A DNA stretch of 61,851 nt from a virus (IMGVR_UViG_3300014822_000022:1-61851); one strand, 5' to 3'. Shown: positions 48,024 through 56,875, counted from the first letter of the stretch. The notes: generated by a model not told the origin, from the letters alone. Made by a program: numbers and translations.

Positions 48024-48260
48024 TCACACCTCCTTTGGCACTTCGGCGTAGTCAACAAGCTCGCCGGTTTCTTCGTTGATGACCCATGCCGGGCCGCTTT
48101 CGGGCACAACAATCGCGCGAGCCCACCTATCACCTCCGGCGCGCTCTTTCTTCAACCGGCGCCGCAGCGCGCGCAGAGTGCGACGGCCATAGAAGGGTTC
48201 GAACGAGCCCGGACCGTCACCCTCACCGGAGAGAATCAGAATTTTCTTCGCATTTTTCAT
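48024..48260 (-). CDS. Small early hypothetical protein
   Basis: RBS AAGGAGGT; 78 aa. Confidence 0.6.
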   Translation of the reverse strand: MKNAKKILILSGEGDGPGSFEPFYGRRTLRALRRRLKKERAGGDRWARAIVVPESGPAWVINEETGELVDYAEVPKEV

Positions 48261-48334
48261 TCTTTACCTCCTTTACAGGGTTGAGATAAGCGCGAGCACA
48301 AGGCATATCCAGATGAAAATCATCAGAGCAGTCT

Positions 48335-48640
48335 TCATACCTGAGACCTCCATTCCTCGATAATCCGAGAGATTTCCTCGTTCATCCTTTCGCGCACGCC
48401 GTAGTAGCGCGCCCGATATTGGGATGTGCGGCCGATGAATTTCAGCTTGAACACCTCCGGCTCGGCGCCTATCGGCAGCAAGATGTTGAACTCCAGCCAG
48501 CCGTTTGCCTCTTTGCAGTGAACCTTTCCAGAGATAACGATATTCCGGTAGTTCACCCGGATGCTCCGGTTTGCGATTTCACCTGACAGCGACTTGATGA
48601 TGTAGGTCGCCGCCATGATTCCATTGTTCTGCATGGTCAC
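48335..48640 (-). CDS. Early hypothetical protein
   Basis: RBS GGAGGT; GTGA overlap. Confidence 0.55.
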   Translation of the reverse strand: MTMQNNGIMAATYIIKSLSGEIANRSIRVNYRNIVISGKVHCKEANGWLEFNILLPIGAEPEVFKLKFIGRTSQYRARYYGVRERMNEEISRIIEEWRSQV

Positions 48641-48855
48641 ACCTCCTTGTCGATATATGATGTGATACTCACAGGGAGAATCAGCCTGTCTTCACCGGGC
48701 TTTGCTTCGTTCAACGCGTAGCGAAGAGCGGCGATGACCATGAGTGCATCGTCTCTGCTTATATTGGGAAGATAATCCCGGGATGAGGGTGTGCCGATAC
48801 CAAGAGAGATTGCCCCGCTTTCATTGACACCAACTACAACATACCTATTTGCCAT
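48637..48855 (-). CDS. Early hypothetical protein
   Basis: RBS AAGGAGG; 72 aa. Confidence 0.55.
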   Translation of the reverse strand: MANRYVVVGVNESGAISLGIGTPSSRDYLPNISRDDALMVIAALRYALNEAKPGEDRLILPVSITSYIDKEV

Positions 48856-48972
48856 GATGTGCCTCCTTTTTTGTTGATATTACTCGCTTTTTCGAGTATC
48901 ATCAGAGCCTGTTCTTTACAATCCGAACAAGCCCAAGTGGGCCGGCTCTTCCGTGAGCTCGGCCCTATGGGC

Positions 48973-49221
48973 TTACTCATTGACACCGGGGATGTGTGAC
49001 CAATACACCACCGTGCGCATGCCCATCGAATCGGTGCTGGCACCTGTCAAGCCGGCTTGTGCGGCCTTTTCAATGACTGCGTTTGGATTGTGGGACACAA
49101 TGGCCACGCATGTTCTGCCATACATACCCCGGCCGGTGTAGTCTTCACGCACATCACCCGGGTGTTCTGCCAGCCCATATAGGATGTCCAGAGCTTCTTC
49201 TGTAGAGATTTCATATCCCAT
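48973..49221 (-). CDS. Early hypothetical protein
   Basis: RBS AAGGAGGT; YTGRGMYGRTC...DSMG...VVYW motif. Confidence 0.6.
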   Translation of the reverse strand: MGYEISTEEALDILYGLAEHPGDVREDYTGRGMYGRTCVAIVSHNPNAVIEKAAQAGLTGASTDSMGMRTVVYWSHIPGVNE

Positions 49222-49256
49222 TTTGCACCTCCTTTGATGTTATGTGTGTCTCACTA

Positions 49257-49631
49257 TCACCAGTCCTTGATGCGCTTGCAGTACGCGATTTCGGTGTTGT
49301 GGCCGTAGCGTACCCCGTGCCATAACTGGCCGTGGAACCGGAACCAGAAGTCAACCCGGACACCGGCGATGTTGTGGCGTCCCTCCTTGTGGTAGAAGGG
49401 ATGAATCGACAGCGAGCCCGGCCAGTTGATAACCTTGTAGCCGCCGCGCTCCCGGTCTTCCGTGAGATACAGAGTGGCGCGCCCATCCTTGAGCATACTC
49501 TTTTCATCACGCTTGCCGGCGCATGCGTAGCAAATCTTGTGGCCGTTTCGCATCACACCATACCCGGTGCCGATGGAGTTGGCCGGCATCGGCAGGGTGC
49601 GCTTGCAGTATGAGCAATAGAACGTGGTCAT
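49257..49631 (-). CDS. Early Zn-finger-like hypothetical protein
   Basis: CSYC...CYAC; RBS GGAGG. Confidence 0.6.
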   Translation of the reverse strand: MTTFYCSYCKRTLPMPANSIGTGYGVMRNGHKICYACAGKRDEKSMLKDGRATLYLTEDRERGGYKVINWPGSLSIHPFYHKEGRHNIAGVRVDFWFRFHGQLWHGVRYGHNTEIAYCKRIKDW

Positions 49632-49641
49632 GGTCGCCTCC

Positions 49642-49935
49642 TTAGAGTCCTTGGATGTGCATCAGGAAATTGCGCAACCCATCCAGAGTCTCATCGAGCT
49701 CTTCAATGGACTGCTCCAGCTTGGTCTTGATGGCTTCCGCATCATTGATTGTCTGCGTGACTCGCTCGCAGATGTCCTCGACCTTGAGCTCCAGTTCTTC
49801 GAGCTCCTTTTCCTTGGCTTGGTTGTCCTCGTGCAGGTTTTCGAGCTCGCGCGCCAGCATCGTGGATTCTTCGCTTGCATCGGGATTGGCAAGCGTATCG
49901 CGCGCCAGTTCAATCGGTTTGATTCCAACAATCAT
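49642..49935 (-). CDS. Early acidic coiled-coil protein
   Basis: RBS AAGGAGG; Glu-rich heptads. Confidence 0.6.
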   Translation of the reverse strand: MIVGIKPIELARDTLANPDASEESTMLARELENLHEDNQAKEKELEELELKVEDICERVTQTINDAEAIKTKLEQSIEELDETLDGLRNFLMHIQGL

Positions 49936-50009
49936 TGTGTGCCTCCTTATCGAGCCAGTTGCTCGGGGAGGCCAGCGCCCGGAGACGCTGGCTAACCCGA
50001 ATCACCGGC

Positions 50010-50726
50010 CTAGACGCCTAGCCCGAGCTCGCGCGCGGTGTGGCGATAGATGGCCTTTTCGAGCTCGCGCGCGGCGTGCTCGGCAAACCAGTCATCGACC
50101 GAGACACCATCCATCCATGCCCGAGCGCATTCCCTCGACATGCGGGAGACATGGAACTCCTGAACGGCATTTACCAGCAGGCTCGGGACATAGTACCTCT
50201 CTTCGAGGTGCAGTTTGATGTGTCCGCGCATGATTGACCTGCCATTGTCATCGAGCAGGCGGCAGCCGAAGCAATCACCGGGGCCGGGACGCCCGACCTT
50301 GCCGGCGCGTAGAGCTTCGATGAAGTCGTGCGCATATTTTCGCGCGGCCTTCTTTGCTTCTTTCAGGCGCTTTACCACTGTCTTGGAGCCGGCCCCATGG
50401 ATACCGCCACGCGGACCGATGCGCATGCCTTCGCGGAACGGGTGCGAGAAATCGTCCCAATTCCGGGCCAGATACCAGATGCCGCCCTTTTTCAGGATGA
50501 AGAACCCGTCAAGGTTCTCATTCATTCTTGCGCTTGTCGTCATCGTGCGCCAGCCGCCGGTTTTCAGCGTGGTGCTTCCGTCCGGGTGCATAGTGATGAT
50601 GTCAGTCTGATGCAACCTGATGGCAATGTCGCCACCGTGCCGGCGCTCCAGATATGTGTTGTTTGCCAGTTTCCGAGACTGAGCACAGCGCCCGGAAAGC
50701 ATGGCGTTCGCTTCTTTGTAATTCAT
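50010..50726 (-). CDS. Early hypothetical protein
   Basis: 238 aa; KLANNTYL, IRLHQTDI, GGWRTMTT motifs. Confidence 0.65.
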   Translation of the reverse strand: MNYKEANAMLSGRCAQSRKLANNTYLERRHGGDIAIRLHQTDIITMHPDGSTTLKTGGWRTMTTSARMNENLDGFFILKKGGIWYLARNWDDFSHPFREGMRIGPRGGIHGAGSKTVVKRLKEAKKAARKYAHDFIEALRAGKVGRPGPGDCFGCRLLDDNGRSIMRGHIKLHLEERYYVPSLLVNAVQEFHVSRMSRECARAWMDGVSVDDWFAEHAARELEKAIYRHTARELGLGV

Positions 50727-50730
50727 GGCT

Positions 50731-50937
50731 TCACCCCCTTGCCGCCTTGACTTCATCGCGCGTGATGGTGTGCCAGTCTTCCCGGTCGATGTCGAAGACC
50801 GGCAGGAGATAGGCCCCGCCTTCGAACTCAATCGGACCGACAAGCCCGAGACGGTCGAACAACTCGCGCGCCCGTCCGGTTGTCAGCCGGCCAGCATGGA
50901 CCGCTGCAACAATGCTCACTACTTTTGCTCTTTTCAT
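50731..50937 (-). CDS. Early hypothetical protein
   Basis: RBS GGAGGT. Confidence 0.5.
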   Translation of the reverse strand: MKRAKVVSIVAAVHAGRLTTGRARELFDRLGLVGPIEFEGGAYLLPVFDIDREDWHTITRDEVKAARG

Positions 50938-51018
50938 GGTTAAACCTCCGCCAGATATTCGAGCCAAGCGGCTCGCCACTGCCGGCGCCATGGAAGACAC
51001 CGGCAGGGCGCGAGACGC

Positions 51019-51480
51019 CTAACGCGCACTCTTGGCCGCCGGTTGCAGCGAGTAAAAGACCGTCCCGCTATTGCTGTGCTCACACTCGCCAACCCGGACC
51101 AGCCGGAAGCCAATGGCCTCGAGAATGCGCTCCATGCAGCTAGAGCCGCACGCGCCATCGAGCCATGCTTTGTCGGTTTTCGAGTTGTAAAACAAGCCGT
51201 AGAAAGTCTTGCTTTGCTTGTAGGTCCGGCGCCGCCCATTGCACTTTCGTTTGGCCAGCGCATGCACCTCAGCCGGAAACACTCGGATGATAAACTCGCC
51301 GAGAGCCGACCCAAACCGGTCATACCCGCAGCCGGTCGCCCGTGCAATCAGGTTTCCGCGCGCATCAAGGATGCGGGAAGAGCCATAGCCGCGCGTGCTC
51401 CACTTGTGCGCGATATGCTCAAAGCGCCAGTTATTGTCCAGCCATTCGCGTTGCTTGCTTGCCTCAATAATAAATTTCAT
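51019..51480 (-). CDS. Early hypothetical protein
   Basis: RBS GGAGGT; GCGYDRFG and LDGACG motifs. Confidence 0.6.
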   Translation of the reverse strand: MKFIIEASKQREWLDNNWRFEHIAHKWSTRGYGSSRILDARGNLIARATGCGYDRFGSALGEFIIRVFPAEVHALAKRKCNGRRRTYKQSKTFYGLFYNSKTDKAWLDGACGSSCMERILEAIGFRLVRVGECEHSNSGTVFYSLQPAAKSAR

Positions 51481-51481
51481 G

Positions 51482-51595
51482 TCACACCTCCAGTCTTTGA
51501 AAAGTATAGGTAGAGCACTCACATGGCATCACCTCCGGGCTTGCGTCATGCGTGTGCATAAACCCCGAGTCATCCGCCACTTGGATTTGTCTCAT
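51482..51595 (-). CDS. 37-aa peptide, first ORF of early operon
   Basis: GGAGGT RBS directly after the strong promoter; below ORF-track cutoff. Confidence 0.4.
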   Translation of the reverse strand: MRQIQVADDSGFMHTHDASPEVMPCECSTYTFQRLEV

Positions 51596-51624
51596 GTGTT
51601 GCACCTCCGCCAAGAGATAACCCT

Positions 51625-51663
51625 ATTATAGCGCCTCCGCATTGCGTGTCAAGCATTTTTTTT
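51625..51663 (-). promoter_or_regulatory. Strong early promoter
   Basis: Perfect TTGACA-16-TATAAT on - strand with upstream A8 tract (UP element-like). Confidence 0.85.
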
Positions 51664-51948
51664 ACTCTTGTGTTGCGATACTGCAAAAAAGCGGACGCAT
51701 AGAATCGCCGCTAAGCGCTTTTTGAGAGGCCGGCAATACCTCAGCACCCCCGAAATCCTTGCAATTTCCAGCCTTTTCAGGCATAATCATTGAGGCCGGA
51801 GAGCACACGCCAGACCCACACAGACCACAGACCTACACCAGACAGAGAAGCCACCCAAGCCCGGGGGCGAAACCGGAACCCGGGGACGGTTTTCCACCGA
51901 ATCCCGGTCAGCGCTGCCGCAACAAAAAGGGCCGCAGGCCCGCCCGGC

Positions 51949-51978
51949 TTGCCCGGGCCACACCCCTCAAGCTAGAAT
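51949..51978 (+). promoter_or_regulatory. Putative promoter for terminase small subunit
   Basis: TTGCCC-18-TAGAAT, 8 nt before ATG. Confidence 0.45.
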
Positions 51979-51986
51979 CTCACCCC

Positions 51987-52553
51987 ATGGCCACAGACAA
52001 CAAACACACCAAGAACCCCGACAGAGCCCAAAGGCAGGCCGAGAGAGCCCTAGAGCTTGCCAAGCATCAGCAGACAGACAAACTGCCGCAGAGCATCAAG
52101 CAGATAGGCAGGCCGGCCACAGCAAAGCCGCTCAGCGAAGAGCAGAAAAGCGCCATCCTTGCGCTATTGATGGAGGGCCACACGCTCACCAAGATTTGCC
52201 AGATAAAGGGCATGCCGACGGTGTATGAGGTTGGGAAGCATGCGAGCACTTCAAGCACCTTTGCCGAAGAACTCGCGCGCGCGCGTGAAATCGGGGCTGG
52301 TGTCATGGCCGATAAAATCATTGATATTGCTGACGAAATCGCCCTAGATAGCGCCGCAGTTCAACGCAACCGGCTACGCATCGAGGCCCGCGCCCGCGTT
52401 GCAGGATGGTACAACAAAAAATTCAGCGACAAGAGCACGCCCGAAGAGGTAGCCGGAATCGTCGCAGCCACCATCGAAGCGGCCCGCGCGCGATATAATA
52501 AGAAGCGCAAACCCATCGACATCACACCTAAACCCTTGAAAGGTAAGGGATAA
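51987..52553 (+). CDS. Terminase small subunit
   Basis: IGRP, EGHTLTKIC...GMP, ARAREIGA...IIDIAD, RNRLRIEAR motifs of Sf6-type TerS. Confidence 0.75.
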   Translation: MATDNKHTKNPDRAQRQAERALELAKHQQTDKLPQSIKQIGRPATAKPLSEEQKSAILALLMEGHTLTKICQIKGMPTVYEVGKHASTSSTFAEELARAREIGAGVMADKIIDIADEIALDSAAVQRNRLRIEARARVAGWYNKKFSDKSTPEEVAGIVAATIEAARARYNKKRKPIDITPKPLKGKG

Positions 52554-52869
52554 TTAGCCACAGCATAACTTGACACAATACACATTATGCGACACACAAG
52601 CGCAAAGAATCGCTTAACCACAACAACAAGCGAGACACACGCACGCACCAGCAGATAGACCGCGCGGCCGCCGGCACCCGGGGCAAAAAGGAGTCTCTAG
52701 GGGCATAGGGGGGCACATGTGTGATTTGCGCCCTGAATCTATCGACATGCCCCCCTCTAAATCTCGGCCCCACTCCAGATATATTGCGCTTTCGGTTGCA
52801 GGATGTACACGGTGATACCTTATTTCCCCGGGGTTATCCGCATCACCCTTTGCACAATGTACATTTTAC

Positions 52870-52897
52870 TTGACAAGAATTCTGGATGGTGTAGATT
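52870..52897 (+). promoter_or_regulatory. Putative sigma70 promoter
   Basis: TTGACA-16-TAGATT. Confidence 0.5.
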
Positions 52898-52971
52898 GAG
52901 CCTGCCTTGGCGGAGGCTTTCCTGAAAATTTTTTGGCTCCGCCGTGGATATATTGACTGCGGGGGTTTCGC

Positions 52972-53280
52972 ATGGCCAAGAAGAAGGATGACAAGCCCAA
53001 GTATGTATGGTTTCGGGCAGAGGTTGTTCCGCCGAGACAGGATTTGACGCTGCTGCCTGACGGTGTTTACGCACCCGGGAGGGCGGCTGTTGCATCTGTT
53101 GTGGCGGGGGCGCCGGTGTGGCTCACGACGCCCGGGGACGGGTTCGTGTTTGTGGACGAGCCCCCGGAGCCCGAGGGTGGCGGTGTGGATGGTGGCGTGT
53201 TCTTGAAGGCGCTGGCCATCGTGCGCGATGACAAGTCAGGGGCTGACGAGATTATCCGGGCTCTGGATGGTCGGAAATGA
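52972..53280 (+). CDS. Hypothetical protein
   Basis: 102 aa; ATGA coupling to next gene. Confidence 0.5.
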   Translation: MAKKKDDKPKYVWFRAEVVPPRQDLTLLPDGVYAPGRAAVASVVAGAPVWLTTPGDGFVFVDEPPEPEGGGVDGGVFLKALAIVRDDKSGADEIIRALDGRK

Positions 53281-53723
53281 GTGCGACTGAGTATATTGGG
53301 CGGCTTCGTGGGCTGCTGAGCACGATTCGGGCTGAGACGGCGCCTGTTCCCGGGCACGTTGACCCCGGCGCGATTGAGGATTGCTGGCTTTGGGTATCTG
53401 AGCTCGTCAATGACATCGACAGTCGCTTTGGGCAGAGCGACATCAATGCTATTGCCGCGCGACAGTGGCAGTGGGTGGAGAGCGTTGGCTGGCACAAGGA
53501 CAAGCGACCGCTCGAATTCGTGGCGCTGATTGCCAGCGAGGTCGGTGAGGTTGCGAACGAGTGCCGGGACGATGTTCCGTCTGATGCGCTCGGAGAAGAG
53601 CTTGCCGATGTGATTCTCCGCGCGCTGGACATGGCACACCATTTCGGCCTCGATATTGAGGCGGCGATACACAGGAAGATGGTCATCAATGCCGAGCGTG
53701 GTACGCGCGGAAGGAAGAAATGA
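53277..53723 (+). CDS. MazG-like NTP pyrophosphohydrolase
   Basis: LIASEVGEVANE...GEELADVILRALD...KMVINAER. Confidence 0.8.
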   Translation: MSATEYIGRLRGLLSTIRAETAPVPGHVDPGAIEDCWLWVSELVNDIDSRFGQSDINAIAARQWQWVESVGWHKDKRPLEFVALIASEVGEVANECRDDVPSDALGEELADVILRALDMAHHFGLDIEAAIHRKMVINAERGTRGRKK

Positions 53724-53746
53724 GATTGAATCCTTGGAGGCGACAA

Positions 53747-54099
53747 TGAAGCTGATTGACTTGGTGACGTTTCAGGACAGGCGGGTGTTTCATATTGACG
53801 AGCTTGGCCTTTCCTTGCCGGCGGTGGAGACAACCGTTGAGGACATCACGCAATCACGGGATGTGTTTGCGCCTGTCCATGAATATCAGATGGAGTTGCG
53901 GTTATTCGGTGAGTTCAGGTGCCGGCCGTGCGACTTGAGAGAGGCCAAGAGGGTTCAGATTGCGAAATGGCATGACATGCTGTTTGCCGAACAGCAGCGC
54001 CTGATGCGCGAGTTGAAGGCTGCATTCCTTTCTCGCAACATCAAGAGGATTAAGCAAGCGATTTCCGAGCTCGAAGAATCTCTGGAGGCGGGCGTATGA
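53747..54099 (+). CDS. Hypothetical protein
   Basis: RBS GGAGG before MKLIDL. Confidence 0.5.
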
Positions 54100-54296
54100 G
54101 ATGCCAGTCTGGAATCCATGAGTGGAACAATGCCGCCTGCGCGCGCCGCTGCTGCGCACCGGGATGGCGGCTCGAACTGCGGCTTGACGCCGGTGACATT
54201 CAACCCGGCGACGACGAGGCAACCATCGTTTTTCTGTCCCGGCGGGGCGCATTCTTCGTGTTCACCAGCCGGCCGACCGACAAGGAGGATGTATGA
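54096..54296 (+). CDS. Small Cys-rich hypothetical protein
   Basis: ATGA coupling on both sides. Confidence 0.45.
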   Translation: MRCQSGIHEWNNAACARRCCAPGWRLELRLDAGDIQPGDDEATIVFLSRRGAFFVFTSRPTDKEDV

Positions 54297-54427
54297 GCAT
54301 AATCTTACCTGAGTGGATGGCGTATCTTGTTGGTATAATTTTAGTGCTTCGTCTCGCGGAGATTGCTCTTGGTTTTACCGTCTTCCTGCTTGAACGAAAG
54401 AAGGCCAAGTTGCTGAATAAGGGCTAG
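54293..54427 (+). CDS. 44-aa membrane peptide
   Basis: RBS AAGGAGG; hydrophobic helix then basic tail; below ORF-track cutoff. Confidence 0.5.
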   Translation: MSIILPEWMAYLVGIILVLRLAEIALGFTVFLLERKKAKLLNKG

Positions 54428-54590
54428 CAGAGTAGCAATGCCGTGATGGTAAGGAAGCTCATTCATTCATGTTTATCGGCGACCCGTTCACAAACGCCAG
54501 CATCAGCGGCCCACATATTGTAAGATTCGCCAGAGCGATTGAGGACAGGATTCTCAATACCGAAGAACCACACAACAAGGAGAACGACGT

Positions 54591-55001
54591 ATGAGATTTC
54601 ACATAGGCGACCGCGTATATTCCCGATATTTCGGCGCCGGCACAGTCATTGATGATGACGGGGTGAGAATGTATGTCCGGTTTGACAGGCGCACCCACAA
54701 CAAGTTTCACGTCACAGTCCCGTACCTGAGCGATGGCAGGCGCTCGCTCTTCGATATGATGCCTGAGATTGTTCCTCTCGGCGACGACATCCCTGAGCTC
54801 AATATAGGTGATGAAAAGCCACTCTCCATGCGCGTCATGGAGGCCGTTGCAAAGGCCATTTTCACGGTCGAAGAACAAGGTGGCGACAAGATGGACCTCA
54901 TCATAAAGGTTTCCGAGAACATTATGCAGGAATTGCGCGAAAGTGGGAATAGCAGGCACAGCACGGGAGAGCCGAAATGGTCGCGGCCAACATCAACTTA
55001 A
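54591..55001 (+). CDS. Hypothetical protein with SH3-like N-terminus
   Basis: FHIGDRVYSRYFGAGTVI pattern; RBS AAGGAG. Confidence 0.55.
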   Translation: MRFHIGDRVYSRYFGAGTVIDDDGVRMYVRFDRRTHNKFHVTVPYLSDGRRSLFDMMPEIVPLGDDIPELNIGDEKPLSMRVMEAVAKAIFTVEEQGGDKMDLIIKVSENIMQELRESGNSRHSTGEPKWSRPTST

Positions 55002-55005
55002 ACGC

Positions 55006-55033
55006 TTGACCGTGAATGAAATGCGAATATAAT
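55006..55033 (+). promoter_or_regulatory. tRNA promoter
   Basis: TTGACC-16-TATAAT followed by GC-rich discriminator. Confidence 0.75.
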
Positions 55034-55038
55034 GGCGG

Positions 55039-55114
55039 GGCGGGCGGAAGGCTGGTGGTCTAACGGAGACCCATAATCTCCAAGAGGCCGGTTCGATTCC
55101 GGCGCCCGCAACCA
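55039..55114 (+). tRNA. Atypical tRNA with CAU anticodon (Met/fMet-like)
   Basis: Acceptor GCGGGC/GCCCGC with G1.A72 mismatch, anticodon arm GGAGA-CCCATAA-TCTCC, T arm GCCGG-TTCGATT-CCGGC, encoded ACCA. Confidence 0.8.
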
Positions 55115-55267
55115 ATCCGGCTACGGCCGGCGGCCATCACCATTCAATGTGCCTCCGCCAGAGCATTGGGTGATGGCCAACTTCGGAAGGGGCGCGAGAG
55201 TGGGTGTAGCGTGAGCAGCCCCGTCAGAAAAGCTCTCGCAGTCTCTTGGCTCAGGAGGGCCGCATAT

Positions 55268-55579
55268 ATGAAACTCAAGGAACTGGCGCGCGAGGCCCCG
55301 GAAATGCTCGGGGAAATCCTCGACAAGGCGGACTTCAACGGCACTGAAATATTCCACATTTACTCCACAATCAGCGACGACAGCAAAATCCCGCACAGCG
55401 AGAAGCCGGTCGAGCTCTGGCTCCAAATCGGAAACCTCGTGGAGGCTGCTCAGGACGTTCTCGATGAAGAGGCGGCCCGCAACAATGAGTGTCCCTACTG
55501 TCACGGGAGTGGCGGCGGGTATATGGGTGGTTCTGAGCCCCGCTGCACTTTCTGTAATGGCACCGGGGAGAGGCAATGA
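55268..55579 (+). CDS. Hypothetical protein with DnaJ-type CxxCxGxG zinc finger
   Basis: CPYCHGSG...CTFCNGTG; RBS AGGAGG. Confidence 0.6.
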   Translation: MKLKELAREAPEMLGEILDKADFNGTEIFHIYSTISDDSKIPHSEKPVELWLQIGNLVEAAQDVLDEEAARNNECPYCHGSGGGYMGGSEPRCTFCNGTGERQ

Positions 55580-55776
55580 AAGGCAGCCTCAAAGATATTC
55601 AGGAGCTTGGAAGGGCCTTTGTAGCACTTGGAGAGACGCTACAGAAGCCCGAATCCACACTCGGCGACATTGCCGCCGCCGCGCATGCATGCGGCCTGAA
55701 TGTCGGCTTCACATACGCATCCAGAACCGCGAGCGACGAGCCAACCCCGATAGACGAAGAAGACCTCCACCTGTAG
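55576..55776 (+). CDS. Hypothetical protein
   Basis: 66 aa, ATGA overlap. Confidence 0.5.
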   Translation: MKGSLKDIQELGRAFVALGETLQKPESTLGDIAAAAHACGLNVGFTYASRTASDEPTPIDEEDLHL

Positions 55777-55894
55777 CATAAGCAGACTCGCCCATGGGCT
55801 CTTCCCCTTCCATGGCGAGACGCTTGCGTGGAGCGGGCAAGAGTCCGCTCCGACAACGAAAATAACACCAATGTTTACATACAGCAGAAAATAG

Positions 55895-55923
55895 TTGACG
55901 AGAGGAAACATCTGGTGTAGCTT
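55895..55923 (+). promoter_or_regulatory. Putative sigma70 promoter
   Basis: TTGACG-17-TAGCTT upstream of AAGGAGG RBS. Confidence 0.5.
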
Positions 55924-55944
55924 GTGTCTTCCAAGGAGGCAGAC

Positions 55945-56418
55945 ATGAGCGGAGACACAAAATCTTGCAAGACATGCGTTTTCTCAGCTTCGAGAGAAGA
56001 ACCTTTCGAGGGTGCGATATTCGAATGCAGGAAGAGGCCACCATCACACAGGGGGTGGCCGGAGGTCAACCCGGATACCGGATGGTGCGGTGAATTTACA
56101 CCCAGTGAAGGCCCGGTGGGTGATGCGCAGGCCATAGGTTTCGACATTATCGTCCCTGCTATCGCCAAGTCAGCCGATGACAATGAGGCGCCGTGGCCGC
56201 GCAATCGCTGGCGCCGCTGGACAGAGGATGAAGACAAGGCCATCATCAAGTGCTTCAACGACATGAGGGAGCGCGGCTTCATGGTGGAGCGCATTGCCGA
56301 GACGGCTGCGAAGCTCGTGCAAAGGACGCCGGGGGCAACGCACTACCGCCTCATTCGGCTTGGCTGCATCACGAGGGCGCGGTATGCAAACAAGGAGGGT
56401 GACAATGAGCGACTTTAA
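55945..56418 (+). CDS. Cys-rich N-domain plus Myb/HTH-like C-domain protein
   Basis: CKTC...ECRKRPP...WCGEF; RRWTEDED...RTPGA...RL..LG. Confidence 0.55.
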   Translation: MSGDTKSCKTCVFSASREEPFEGAIFECRKRPPSHRGWPEVNPDTGWCGEFTPSEGPVGDAQAIGFDIIVPAIAKSADDNEAPWPRNRWRRWTEDEDKAIIKCFNDMRERGFMVERIAETAAKLVQRTPGATHYRLIRLGCITRARYANKEGDNERL

Positions 56419-56875
56419 CATAATCGCGGCCAATCTGGAGTCGGAGGAACTGGACGATGCTGCCGTGGCGACATTCAATATCGCCGGCCGATTGCACGAC
56501 CTGTACATGGCCAACATCAACAACAAGAGAGACCTCGACCAGATGCATTATTACCACCACTACTTCTACGGGTTCCTTGGTGGTGTGAGGGTGATGGCGT
56601 CCAAGCGCAGCGACATCATTTCATTGGGCGAGCAGACCAAGCAGCGCATCGTGGCCGCCGGCCTGTGGGCTGTCACTGACGTGGTGGACTCTGGACAGTT
56701 CGATGCCATCAATCTTGAGGGAAGTCGCTCGGTGCGCGCCAGTTTCAACTACCTGTCGCTGATGGCGTGCATCGAGCCGGAGGAAATTGGTGTCGAGGTG
56801 TCCAAGGAGCAGAAGGAGCTCGAAAAAGAGGTTGGGGAGGTGAAAGGAAATGTCATTCCACTCAGGCCGCGCTGA
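56405..56875 (+). CDS. Hypothetical protein
   Basis: RBS AAGGAGG; C-terminal NVIPLR. Confidence 0.55.
   Translation: MSDFNIIAANLESEELDDAAVATFNIAGRLHDLYMANINNKRDLDQMHYYHHYFYGFLGGVRVMASKRSDIISLGEQTKQRIVAAGLWAVTDVVDSGQFDAINLEGSRSVRASFNYLSLMACIEPEEIGVEVSKEQKELEKEVGEVKGNVIPLRPR

Noticed and set aside
49843-50075. Repeated CGAGCTCGCGCG motif
   Set aside because: Accounted for by repeated ARELE/ARELG codons in - strand genes
52563-52590. GCATAA...TTATGC as a dif/Xer site
   Set aside because: Arms are 16 bp apart rather than 6 and the XerD arm does not match
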